A DNA stretch of 64,000 bases from the NCBI GenBank assembly GCA_024277525.1, contig JAJRUZ010000058.1, positions 2,767-66,766 of the forward strand. Direction: 5' to 3'. Below are positions 9,605 through 18,162 of this stretch, one piece after another. This DNA comes from a candidate division WOR-3 bacterium. GTDB lineage: Bacteria; Hydrothermota; Hydrothermia; Hydrothermales; JAJRUZ01. The translations under genes and the position numbers were made by a program. The notes beneath the pieces are model-generated. The model saw nothing but the letters and a program-made list of their open reading frames with translations, was not told the DNA's origin and ran no database searches. How positions within the stretch are numbered: the stretch's first letter is position 1; every line of letters begins with the position of its first letter.

Positions 9605-9871
9605 GTGCGGATTGATAAGTTCATTCAGCTGATAAATGTTATAAAAAGTAGGAAATATGCAAAGATTGCCTGTGAAAAGGGTTATGTTTTTGTAAACAGT
9701 AAAAAGGTAAAACCTTCATTCAGAATAAAAAAAGGAGATAAAATTTTAATTGACCTTTTGGATAGAAGAATAGAGCTTGAAATTCTTGAAGTGCCTGACA
9801 AAAGTTTTCCAAAGAGCGATATTGAAAAGTATGTAAAATTCATAAGTTATACGAAGAAGAAACCGATATGA
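9605..9871 (+). CDS. RNA-binding S4 domain protein
   Basis: 88 aa. GTG start. MRIDKFIQLINVIKSRKYAKIACEKGYVFVNSKKVKPSFRIKKGDKI matches the S4 fold consensus. Confidence 0.55.
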   Translation: MRIDKFIQLINVIKSRKYAKIACEKGYVFVNSKKVKPSFRIKKGDKILIDLLDRRIELEILEVPDKSFPKSDIEKYVKFISYTKKKPI

Positions 9872-9887
9872 GTTATTTCCAAAAATT

Positions 9888-11327
9888 TTATTTAATCAAA
9901 ATAAACTTTTCTACTTTGGAAGAAGAGTTAATCCTTAGATTTACAATATACAAACCTGAGTGAAGTTTTTTTATGTTGAATTCCTTTTTATATTTTCCGG
10001 GGTACAACTTTTCTGAAATAAGGGTTAATTTTTCTCTTCCGGATATATCATAAATTTTCAATAAAACAGAGGAATATATTGATAGAGAAAAAGATACGGA
10101 AATTTTCCTATGTGATAAAAAGGGTGTAATTTGGAATTGATTATGTTTTAATTTTTCATTAAATTCTTTTACGAAAAGTCCTGTAATTTCAGCGCCGTAA
10201 ACATCACCATCATAAAAATAGAGAGAACTATCCGGGTTAAAACCGATATTTGCTCTGTTTGTGAAAACATAAAATTTATTATTTGAGAATATTGTGGGGT
10301 TACTTAAAGGAATTTTGGTTCCGGATGTATCAAATATTTTAAATTCTTCACTTAAAGGATTAGCAGAAAGGTCAAACAATCGTCCTAAAACTTTTAAAGA
10401 ATCAAGTGATGTCCAGGTTACAAAAAGATTGTCGTTAAAAGTTGAAGCACAGGGAGTTATGTGTCCGGAAGATGCTATTAAAGGTCTTAATGATTGAACC
10501 GTTCCGTCAGGATTTACGAATCTTGCATATATTTTCCATCCGTCCGTTTCTTCATCCGTAAATAAAACTATAAATTTTGTACTATCAAACAATGCAAAAA
10601 TAGGGTTATCACTCAATTGGGAAGATCCGTCTATCAGAAAATTTGAGCCCGTTAATGTCCCGTTCTCATTTATAAGCTGCCCCCATATCTCATAATTGTT
10701 TGTATTGTTTACCCAGCATACCAGGTATTCTGAATTTCCGTATGCGAGAGTATAAGCACTGCGCGGGTTCTGAGAAGTTATCTGCAATCCGGCTGTAACA
10801 CTTCCATTTGTATCAATAAACGAACCGAATATCCCGTTTAATGTATCATATGAAACCAAGAAATATAAATTTGTCACAGGATTAAAATGAAGGGTGGAAA
10901 ACCCGCTTAAAAGTGTAAAGGTATCAATGTTGAACTCATTGGTCATTTGGAAAGTTTGAGCATTTATAAATCTGCCTTTTATTACATAACTTCCTGAGAG
11001 TGTATCGGTCCATGCAACAAGAAATTGCTTTCCGTCAAAAGAGACCTGCGGTAAGGCGAGATCAATTTTCTCTTTCATGGATACCGGAGTTGTTCCAAAT
11101 ATATAAGGTGTATCTATAAGAGAATTATCGGTTTTTGATAAAAATTGACCTCTTATCTCTGCTCCGTCTGCCGGAAGCTCTTTTTTCATAACGATCAAAA
11201 ATTTCTCATTACTCTGAGAAAGAGATGTTGCGAATACCGATTCTCCGGATGTTTCTACAGGAAATTCGCTTATTGCCTGAGCCATCAGCCCTGCTGCTAT
11301 CATTGCTACTACTGCTAATTTTTTCAT
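9888..11327 (-). CDS. Secreted repeat (propeller-like) protein with T9SS C-terminal sorting domain
   Basis: 479 aa. Signal peptide MKKLAVVAMIAAGLMAQA. About 7 degenerate repeats of the form F-x-V-x-W-x-D...G...F-x-I-D. The C-terminal roughly 80 aa (KIYDISGREKLTL...GLYIVNLRINSS...KFILIK) fit the por-secretion-tail consensus. Strong RBS AGGAGG lies upstream. Confidence 0.6.
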   Translation of the reverse strand: MKKLAVVAMIAAGLMAQAISEFPVETSGESVFATSLSQSNEKFLIVMKKELPADGAEIRGQFLSKTDNSLIDTPYIFGTTPVSMKEKIDLALPQVSFDGKQFLVAWTDTLSGSYVIKGRFINAQTFQMTNEFNIDTFTLLSGFSTLHFNPVTNLYFLVSYDTLNGIFGSFIDTNGSVTAGLQITSQNPRSAYTLAYGNSEYLVCWVNNTNNYEIWGQLINENGTLTGSNFLIDGSSQLSDNPIFALFDSTKFIVLFTDEETDGWKIYARFVNPDGTVQSLRPLIASSGHITPCASTFNDNLFVTWTSLDSLKVLGRLFDLSANPLSEEFKIFDTSGTKIPLSNPTIFSNNKFYVFTNRANIGFNPDSSLYFYDGDVYGAEITGLFVKEFNEKLKHNQFQITPFLSHRKISVSFSLSIYSSVLLKIYDISGREKLTLISEKLYPGKYKKEFNIKKLHSGLYIVNLRINSSSKVEKFILIK

Positions 11328-11337
11328 TTTTTACCTC

Positions 11338-11366
11338 CTGACAATCGGGAATTTAACCCTTATACT
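11338..11366 (+). promoter_or_regulatory. Near-consensus sigma70-like promoter (CTGACA-17 bp-TATACT) facing into the 290-nt intergenic region
   Basis: Read from the sequence: the -35 element is CTGACA at 11338-11343, the spacer is 17 nt, and the -10 element is TATACT at 11361-11366. No annotated + strand gene lies downstream. Confidence 0.25.
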
Positions 11367-11619
11367 TTTATGTCTTTCTTTAAGATAACATGAAAAAGTG
11401 TCTTTTGCAAATATCCAATCTGCGAATTTATATTTTAGACCTCTTTGGAACAAAAAGCTTATCTTTCTCTTTTGTCTTGGTTAAAATAGTTAGGTATGGA
11501 TAAGAAAAAATTTCTTATAAACAGGATTTAGTTTTATCCAAATTTCCTGATGTTCTCCATGAAATTTTAGTTAAAATGGGGAAGGAGAATTTTTGGACAA
11601 CCTGTGCCTTACTATTGCC

Positions 11620-12132
11620 TTACACCTCTGTCATCTCACTCCATTTTTTTGCTAATTCATCCCTTCTCGGTTTGTAAACAATTTCATAAAAGGAACGCTG
11701 GGATAAAAGAATCCCTTTATCATAATTTTTGCATATTTCAACCGCCTCTTTAAATGCCTGCTCAAATTTCCCCTTAAACCTCCTCTCTATCTGTTTCTCA
11801 AAACTCTCGGGGGTCTGGACTTCATTCCCTATTACATAAAACTTTTTACCCTCTATCTCCACACAATAAGCCATCTCGTCCCCTATTCTGTCAATTTCAA
11901 ATCTCCCTTTTATCTCTTTTCTTTTCTCCGGTATTTTTATCCTTCTTTCCTCAAAAGGTTTTATCTTCGGTTTAAATCCCCTTTTTGCAGCAGCATAAAA
12001 TATTGCCCTGTTTAACCCGAAACTTTTTGCCTCTTCAATTGACTTACCCAGAACGTAGGCTCTTGCAGCCTGCAAGGTCGCCATCACCTGAAATCTTCCG
12101 ATTTTTGCCATTACTTTAAAATTATAATTCAA
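11620..12132 (-). CDS. Hypothetical protein
   Basis: 170-aa ORF, lysine-rich, with no recognisable motif. Confidence 0.35.
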   Translation of the reverse strand: MNYNFKVMAKIGRFQVMATLQAARAYVLGKSIEEAKSFGLNRAIFYAAAKRGFKPKIKPFEERRIKIPEKRKEIKGRFEIDRIGDEMAYCVEIEGKKFYVIGNEVQTPESFEKQIERRFKGKFEQAFKEAVEICKNYDKGILLSQRSFYEIVYKPRRDELAKKWSEMTEV

Positions 12133-12150
12133 ATGTTTTAAAATATTAAA

Positions 12151-12456
12151 ATGAGTAAAATAATTGCTGCGGTGAGCATTACCCCGCTCGGAACGAGTAA
12201 AACAAGTGTTTCAGAATACGTTGCTGCTGCTATTAAGGTACTCGAAAAATATCCCGAGATACAACACCAGACAGACCCGATGTTTACCATTCTTTACGGT
12301 GATAAGGAAGAAGTAATGAAAGTGATAATGGAAATGCAGGAAGCGGTGTTTGAAAAAGGTGCGAAAAGGGTATCTGTTCTGATAAAAATTGACGAAAGAC
12401 GGGATAAAGAAGTCAAACCCGAAAATAAGGTTGAATCTCTTAAAAAATACCTGTAA
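12151..12456 (+). CDS. MTH1187/YkoF family (thiamine-binding-like) protein
   Basis: 101 aa. The start (MSKIIAAVSITPLGTSKTSVSEYVAAAIKVL) and the overall size fit the MTH1187/DUF77 family. Confidence 0.55.
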   Translation: MSKIIAAVSITPLGTSKTSVSEYVAAAIKVLEKYPEIQHQTDPMFTILYGDKEEVMKVIMEMQEAVFEKGAKRVSVLIKIDERRDKEVKPENKVESLKKYL

Positions 12457-12497
12457 TTTTTAAATGGTTCAATCCCTTAAACTATTATTTTTAAAAT

Positions 12498-13691
12498 ATG
12501 AAATTGTCAAAAAGAATAAAAGAGGCTCAATTTTCCCCTATAAGAAAATTTTATACATATGCAAATCAGGCAAAGAAAAAGGGCATAAAAGTTTACCATC
12601 TTAATATCGGTCAACCCGATATTAAGGCACCGAATTCTTTTTTTGAGGCAATAAAGGAATTTAAAGAAGAAATAATAAAATATGCCCCATCCGAAGGCAT
12701 TGAAATTTTAAGGGAAGCATGGTTTAAGTATTACAGAAGAAAAGGTTATGATATTGAAATGGAAGATGTTCTGGTTACGACCGCAGGAAGCGAGGCACTT
12801 ATATTTTCATTTTTTTCTGTTGCAGACGAAGGAGATGAAGTGCTGGTGTTTGAGCCGTTTTATACAAACTATAACACCTTTGCAAAACTCGCGGGATTAA
12901 AACTTGTACCTGTGCCCACTTCAATAAATGAGGATTTTAAACTACCTGACATTAAAGTGATTGAACGATACATTACTTCCAAAACAAGAGCCATTCTTTA
13001 CGCCTCACCGAATAATCCGACCGGTAAGGTTTATTCCAAGGAAGAAATAGAAGGTCTGATTGAACTTTCAAAGAAACATAAACTTTTTATAATCGCGGAT
13101 GAAGTTTACAGGGAATTTGTTTACGGGAATATAAAACACCATTCCATCCTTGAATTTGAAGAGGCATCCGAATTTTCATTGGTCACGGATTCTGTCTCAA
13201 AAAGATATTCTTTATGCGGTGCAAGAATAGGATGCATTGTCACAAGGAATAAAGAATTAAGGGAAAATATATTAAAGCTCTCCCAGGCAAGACTTTCATC
13301 TCCTTTAATTGAACAATATGCATGTGCCAGAGTTATTAATGAAGAGGATGAGTTTATTGAAGAATCAAGAAAAGAATACGAAAAAAGAAAGGAAACTGCA
13401 ATGAAAATTCTCTTAAATAATGAAAAGGTTTTTTCCTTTGAACCTCACGGTGCTTTTTATACAATGGTGGAATTAAAAGGAATTGACGGAGAAGATTTTA
13501 CAAAATTCTTATTGGCCGATTTTAATAAAGATAAAAAAACCACAATGGTTGCTCCTGCAACAGGTTTTTATGTATCTGCTGGTAAAGGGAAAAATGAAAT
13601 AAGAATCGCATTTGTTCTGAACCCAAAAGACCTTGAAGATGCACTTAATATTCTTTTGGAAGGACTTGAGGAATACAGGAAAAGAAAGTGA
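12498..13691 (+). CDS. Pyridoxal-phosphate-dependent aminotransferase (class I/II, aspartate aminotransferase-like)
   Basis: 397 aa. PLP-lysine motif SVSKRYSLCGARIG, NPTGKV, and overall aminotransferase I/II architecture. Confidence 0.85.
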   Translation: MKLSKRIKEAQFSPIRKFYTYANQAKKKGIKVYHLNIGQPDIKAPNSFFEAIKEFKEEIIKYAPSEGIEILREAWFKYYRRKGYDIEMEDVLVTTAGSEALIFSFFSVADEGDEVLVFEPFYTNYNTFAKLAGLKLVPVPTSINEDFKLPDIKVIERYITSKTRAILYASPNNPTGKVYSKEEIEGLIELSKKHKLFIIADEVYREFVYGNIKHHSILEFEEASEFSLVTDSVSKRYSLCGARIGCIVTRNKELRENILKLSQARLSSPLIEQYACARVINEEDEFIEESRKEYEKRKETAMKILLNNEKVFSFEPHGAFYTMVELKGIDGEDFTKFLLADFNKDKKTTMVAPATGFYVSAGKGKNEIRIAFVLNPKDLEDALNILLEGLEEYRKRK

Positions 13692-14839
13692 AGAAGAAAT
13701 TGAAAATACTCTTTGCCTCAGACATTTATTACCCTTACATAGGCGGTATATCCGAACATATTTATCATTTATCCAAGGAACTGATAAAGAAAGGACACGA
13801 GGTTGAAATCCTTACAAGCGGGTATAAAAAAGAGGATTTCCCTGATTATAAAGATGAAGAAAATGTTATAAGAATAGGTAAAGGTGTTCCTCTTGTATTA
13901 AATAAATCAGTGGGAAGGATTGCTTTTTCAACAAAAGCAGGCTCCAAAATCAAGGAAATTCTTGAAAGAGGAAATTATGATATTGTTCACACTCACGGTC
14001 CGCTTGCTCCTGTTATTCCCTATTTTACTTTAAAACATTCAAACTCTTATAACTTTTCAACCTTCCACGCTGCTCATGACCCATCAAAACTTTATGAATT
14101 ATTTAAAAGATATCTAATCAAAATTTTCCAAAAAATACACGGTTTAATCGCAGTATCACCTGTTGCAAGGGACTCAATAAAAAGACATTTTGACGGTGAT
14201 TACAGAATAATACCGAATGGTGTGGATATTGAAAGGTTTAATCCATCCAAGAAAGGCTATTTTAAGATGCCGGAAAACAAGAAAATCGTACTTTTTGTTG
14301 GAAGGTTTGAACAGAGAAAAGGCTTCAGGTACTTAAGAAAAGCATTCAAAAAAGTAATTAAAGAGGTAAAGGACGCACATCTTGTGGCAGTGGGAACGGG
14401 TCCGCTTTATAAAGTAGAGAGGCAAAAGGCAAAGGTCCAATTAAAAGATAATGTAACTTTTCTCGGAAGGGTGAGTTTTGAAGAGCTTCCTTTTATTTAC
14501 GCATCTTCCCATATATTCTGCTCTCCTGCTATCGGGTATGAATCATTCGGCATAGTTCTTTTGGAAGCAATGGCTTCGGGTATCCCGATTGTTGCGTCCG
14601 ATATTGATGGATACCGATTTGTTCTGGAAAATGAAAGGGAAGGGTTCCTTGTTAAACCTAAGGACCCTGATTCACTCGCAGAAAAAATTATCTTTTTGTT
14701 AAAAAATGAAGATTTAAGAAAAAAAATGGGAGAAAAGGGCAGAAAAAAGGTAGAAGAAAAATTCTCATGGACTAAAATAGCAAATATGGTTGAGGATTAT
14801 TATTATGAAATAATGGAGAAATACAGAGTTGAAGAATAA
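13688..14839 (+). CDS. Glycosyltransferase family 4
   Basis: 383 aa. GTGA overlap with the aminotransferase. GT4 motifs GRFEQRKG...ESFGIVLLEAMASGIPIVAS. Confidence 0.85.
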   Translation: MKKKLKILFASDIYYPYIGGISEHIYHLSKELIKKGHEVEILTSGYKKEDFPDYKDEENVIRIGKGVPLVLNKSVGRIAFSTKAGSKIKEILERGNYDIVHTHGPLAPVIPYFTLKHSNSYNFSTFHAAHDPSKLYELFKRYLIKIFQKIHGLIAVSPVARDSIKRHFDGDYRIIPNGVDIERFNPSKKGYFKMPENKKIVLFVGRFEQRKGFRYLRKAFKKVIKEVKDAHLVAVGTGPLYKVERQKAKVQLKDNVTFLGRVSFEELPFIYASSHIFCSPAIGYESFGIVLLEAMASGIPIVASDIDGYRFVLENEREGFLVKPKDPDSLAEKIIFLLKNEDLRKKMGEKGRKKVEEKFSWTKIANMVEDYYYEIMEKYRVEE

Positions 14840-16118
14840 AACAATTTATAAAGTTTTAAAAAATAAAGGCTTTATCCTATTCTCGTTAGCTCAAACGATT
14901 TCATTGATGGGCGATAAGTTGGACCATATGGCTTTAATAGCCCTTATAAGAGCAAAAGCATACGGGCATACACTTGCTTTTTCACATCTTGCTTTTTTCT
15001 TTACATTGCCCGCTATTTTATTCGGACCGATTGCAGGTATAATCGCAGATAGACTGAACAGAAAAAAAATTCTCGTTATGGGTGATTTTTTAAGAGCATT
15101 GCTTGTTATTTTAATTCCATTTTCAGTAACTTTACTGAACCATATCTATCCGATGTATATTCTTGTATTTTTTATATTTTTAATAGGTATTTTATACAAC
15201 TCAACCAAAATGGCAATAATTCCAAGTTTATTGAAAAGTAAAGACGAGATACTTTCTGCAAACTCCGTAATGGCTCTTACAGGAAGGTTAGCAACCGTAT
15301 CGGGTCTCTTATTGGGTGGTTTGCTCGTGGACTGGGAAATCTGGAGAAGAATAGGAATTGAAGGTTGGGAGGCAGGCTTTTACTTGGATGCAATAACCTT
15401 TTTTCTATCCGGTCTTTTTCTGGTTTTTATTTTTATACCTGACTACAGGAAAGAAATAAAAAAAGAGGAAGATCTGGCTCATTTAATAATTGAAAAGGAA
15501 AAGAGTTATTTTGAAAAAGCAATCAGAGATTTAAAGGAAGCATTTAAACTCATTGTCAAGGATAAAAACGTTTCCTTTGTTCTCTTTTCCCTTCTTGTCC
15601 TTGTATATGTAGGTGCAACGGTCTATGTGTTGATAGTAATTCTTGTGCAGCAATTTTTGGGTTACGGAACAACAGGAGTGGGTAAATTGGGTGCCTTGAC
15701 CGCCTTCGGCATGATGTTCGGTGCCTTTTTATTCGGAACTTTCGGAGATAGATGGAATAGAAAAAAAGTAATCCTTTACTCTTTCTTTGTTCTCTCTCTC
15801 TTATTTTTAATTTTTCCTTTTCTCAAAAAATTTTTTTACATAGGCATATTTGCCTTTACGGGCGGACTTCTTTTATCCCCCATTATGATTTCTCAGGATA
15901 CCCTTTTACATGAAAATGTACCCCAGGAATTAAGAGGCAGAATATTTTCAACAAAGGAACTGCTTTTAAACGGCACATTTCTACTTCTATCTTATCCCTT
16001 TGGTCTTGTTGCAGAATGGATTTATCCCGGAAAAATTGTATTTTTTAACGGTATTATCCTTTTTCTTTTAACTTTATTTTTCTTTTTAAGAACAAAATTA
16101 AAAATAAAAAAATTTTAA
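14829..16118 (+). CDS. MFS transporter
   Basis: 429 aa with 12 predicted TM helices. MFS loop motif GIIADRLNRKK between TM2 and TM3. Confidence 0.75.
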   Translation: MKNKTIYKVLKNKGFILFSLAQTISLMGDKLDHMALIALIRAKAYGHTLAFSHLAFFFTLPAILFGPIAGIIADRLNRKKILVMGDFLRALLVILIPFSVTLLNHIYPMYILVFFIFLIGILYNSTKMAIIPSLLKSKDEILSANSVMALTGRLATVSGLLLGGLLVDWEIWRRIGIEGWEAGFYLDAITFFLSGLFLVFIFIPDYRKEIKKEEDLAHLIIEKEKSYFEKAIRDLKEAFKLIVKDKNVSFVLFSLLVLVYVGATVYVLIVILVQQFLGYGTTGVGKLGALTAFGMMFGAFLFGTFGDRWNRKKVILYSFFVLSLLFLIFPFLKKFFYIGIFAFTGGLLLSPIMISQDTLLHENVPQELRGRIFSTKELLLNGTFLLLSYPFGLVAEWIYPGKIVFFNGIILFLLTLFFFLRTKLKIKKF

Positions 16119-18148
16119 TCGTTGAATCACCGACAAAGGCAAAAACCATTGAAAAATACTTAAAAGGAAAAATTAAAGTTATTGCGTCAAAAGGTCATAT
16201 AAAGGATTTACCGGAAAAAAGATTCGGTGTTGATATTGAAAACGGATTTGAACCCGAATTTACGGTCATTAAAGGAAAAGAAAAAGTTATAAAAGAACTT
16301 AAAAAAGAAACAAAAAATGCGAAAGAAGTTTATATAGGATGTGACCCTGACAGGGAGGGTGAGGCAATTGCTTATCATATAAAAGAGGAAATCAAAAGGG
16401 AAGACGCAAAAAGGGTTCTATTTTATGAAATCACAGAGGATAAAGTAAGGGAAGCACTTGAAAATCCGGGTGAAATAGACCTTAAAAAAGTTGAGTCACA
16501 GTTTTCAAGGAGGATACTTGACAGGATTGTGGGATACAGAATCTCACCTATTTTGTGGAAATTGATAAAACGGGGGCTTTCCGCAGGAAGGGTTCAGACG
16601 GTCGCATTAAGGCTGATCGTTGAAAGGGAAAAGGAAATAGAAAAATTTGTTCCGGAAAAATATTACAGTATTGAAGTTATATTTAAAAAAGAAGGAAAAA
16701 AATTTAAAGGTGAATTAAAAAAATTTGAAGGAGAAGATGTAAAAAAGATATTTGATAAAAAGAAAGCAGAGGAAATAAAGGAAGAAATATTTAAATCAGA
16801 TATTTTTGTGAAAAAAATCATAAAGAAAATAAAAAAAATAAAACCGCCTCCGCCCTTTAAGACTTCCACACTTCAGGAGGAGGCTTCCAAGAGACTCAAT
16901 TTTTCTCCTGGTAAAACAATGAGACTTGCACAATCACTTTTTGAAGGAAAGGAAACACCCGAAGGAAGAACAGGACTTATAACATATCACAGAACGGACT
17001 CTGTAAGAATAAGTGAAAAGGTTATTCCCGAAATTAAAAGAAAAATAGAAGAATTATTCGGCAAGGAGTATGTGTATGAGAAGGAAAGGAAAATCAAGGA
17101 AAAAGGAAAAGTTCAGGGTGCTCATGAGGCAATAAGACCGACAAAAATTCATTTGCTCCCTGATTTATTGAAAGATTATTTAAATGATGACGAGCTTTCT
17201 CTTTATAGAATGATATACAAAAGAACGCTTGCATCTTTCTCCAAGGATGCAGAAGTTGAGGAAAAAATTGTTAGATTTGAAGGGAAAAATTTTGAAGGAG
17301 AAATCAAGGGAAAGGAAATTTTGTTTGAAGGATTTTATAAGATAATAGGCAAAGAAATAGAAGAAATCAAAATTCCTGAATTAAAAGAAAATGAAAAATT
17401 GAAACTTATTGAAGTTAATATCATTGAAAAAGAAACACAGCCACCCTCAAGATATACAGAGGCATCACTCATTAAAACCCTTGAAAAACTCGGAATAGGA
17501 AGACCTTCAACTTATGCTCCTACCCTTGAAATTCTTTATCAGAGAAACTATGTGGAAAGGAAAGGAAAGACACTCTTTCCGACAGAACTCGGGAAAAAGG
17601 TAAGTGATATACTGGTTCATGAATTTCCGGAAATTTTTGATGTTAATTTTACAAGAAAAATGGAAGAATATCTTGATGAAATAGAGGAAGGAAATCTTAA
17701 AAGAAAAGAATTTCTGGAAAATTTCTGGAAGGAATTTGAACCTTTACTTTTAAAAACTCAGGAAAGACTGAGAAAAATAAAACAAAAACATCTTGAGGAA
17801 AAGATAGATGAAAAATGTCCTTTATGTTCTTCCCCTCTTCTTATAAAATGGGGTAAATATGGGAAATTTATTTCCTGTTCAAACTTTCCGAAATGCAAAT
17901 ATAAAAGGGATTTTTATCAAAAAAAGTTCTTATGCCCGGAGTGCAAAAAGGGATATCTTATAAGGAGAAAAAAAGATAAAAAATTATTTTTCGGTTGCAC
18001 AAACTTTCCTGAGTGCAGGTTCACCTCTTCCTATGAACCGGTTGAAATCAAATGTCCTCATTGCTCTTTTGAATATTCCTTTAAAATAATAAAAAAGAAA
18101 AAATTATTTTATAAATGTCCTTACTGTGGAAAATTTTTTAAAAAATAA
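16118..18148 (+). CDS. topA: DNA topoisomerase I (start codon unresolved; no canonical start)
   Basis: The open frame from 16049 encodes a TOPRIM N-terminus (ILIVESPTKAKTIEKYLKGK...DPDREGEAIAYHI) upstream of the first GTG, which is at 16529. The C-terminus carries four Cys4 zinc ribbons. The only possible start codons are ATT at 16097 or 16112, or ATC at 16118. The first codon overlaps the MFS stop codon. Confidence 0.85.
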   Translation: MVESPTKAKTIEKYLKGKIKVIASKGHIKDLPEKRFGVDIENGFEPEFTVIKGKEKVIKELKKETKNAKEVYIGCDPDREGEAIAYHIKEEIKREDAKRVLFYEITEDKVREALENPGEIDLKKVESQFSRRILDRIVGYRISPILWKLIKRGLSAGRVQTVALRLIVEREKEIEKFVPEKYYSIEVIFKKEGKKFKGELKKFEGEDVKKIFDKKKAEEIKEEIFKSDIFVKKIIKKIKKIKPPPPFKTSTLQEEASKRLNFSPGKTMRLAQSLFEGKETPEGRTGLITYHRTDSVRISEKVIPEIKRKIEELFGKEYVYEKERKIKEKGKVQGAHEAIRPTKIHLLPDLLKDYLNDDELSLYRMIYKRTLASFSKDAEVEEKIVRFEGKNFEGEIKGKEILFEGFYKIIGKEIEEIKIPELKENEKLKLIEVNIIEKETQPPSRYTEASLIKTLEKLGIGRPSTYAPTLEILYQRNYVERKGKTLFPTELGKKVSDILVHEFPEIFDVNFTRKMEEYLDEIEEGNLKRKEFLENFWKEFEPLLLKTQERLRKIKQKHLEEKIDEKCPLCSSPLLIKWGKYGKFISCSNFPKCKYKRDFYQKKFLCPECKKGYLIRRKKDKKLFFGCTNFPECRFTSSYEPVEIKCPHCSFEYSFKIIKKKKLFYKCPYCGKFFKK

Positions 18149-18162
18149 TTTAAAATAAAACA

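Noticed and set aside
16663-16869. Antisense ORFs inside topA, the giant protein, glmS and S8 (for example 16663-16869, 47470-47901, 48952-49317, 36187-36651, 39865-40236)
   Set aside because: They lie entirely within well-supported genes on the opposite strand, have low-complexity or Cys-rich compositions, and show no motifs. They are typical spurious ORFs of an AT-rich genome.
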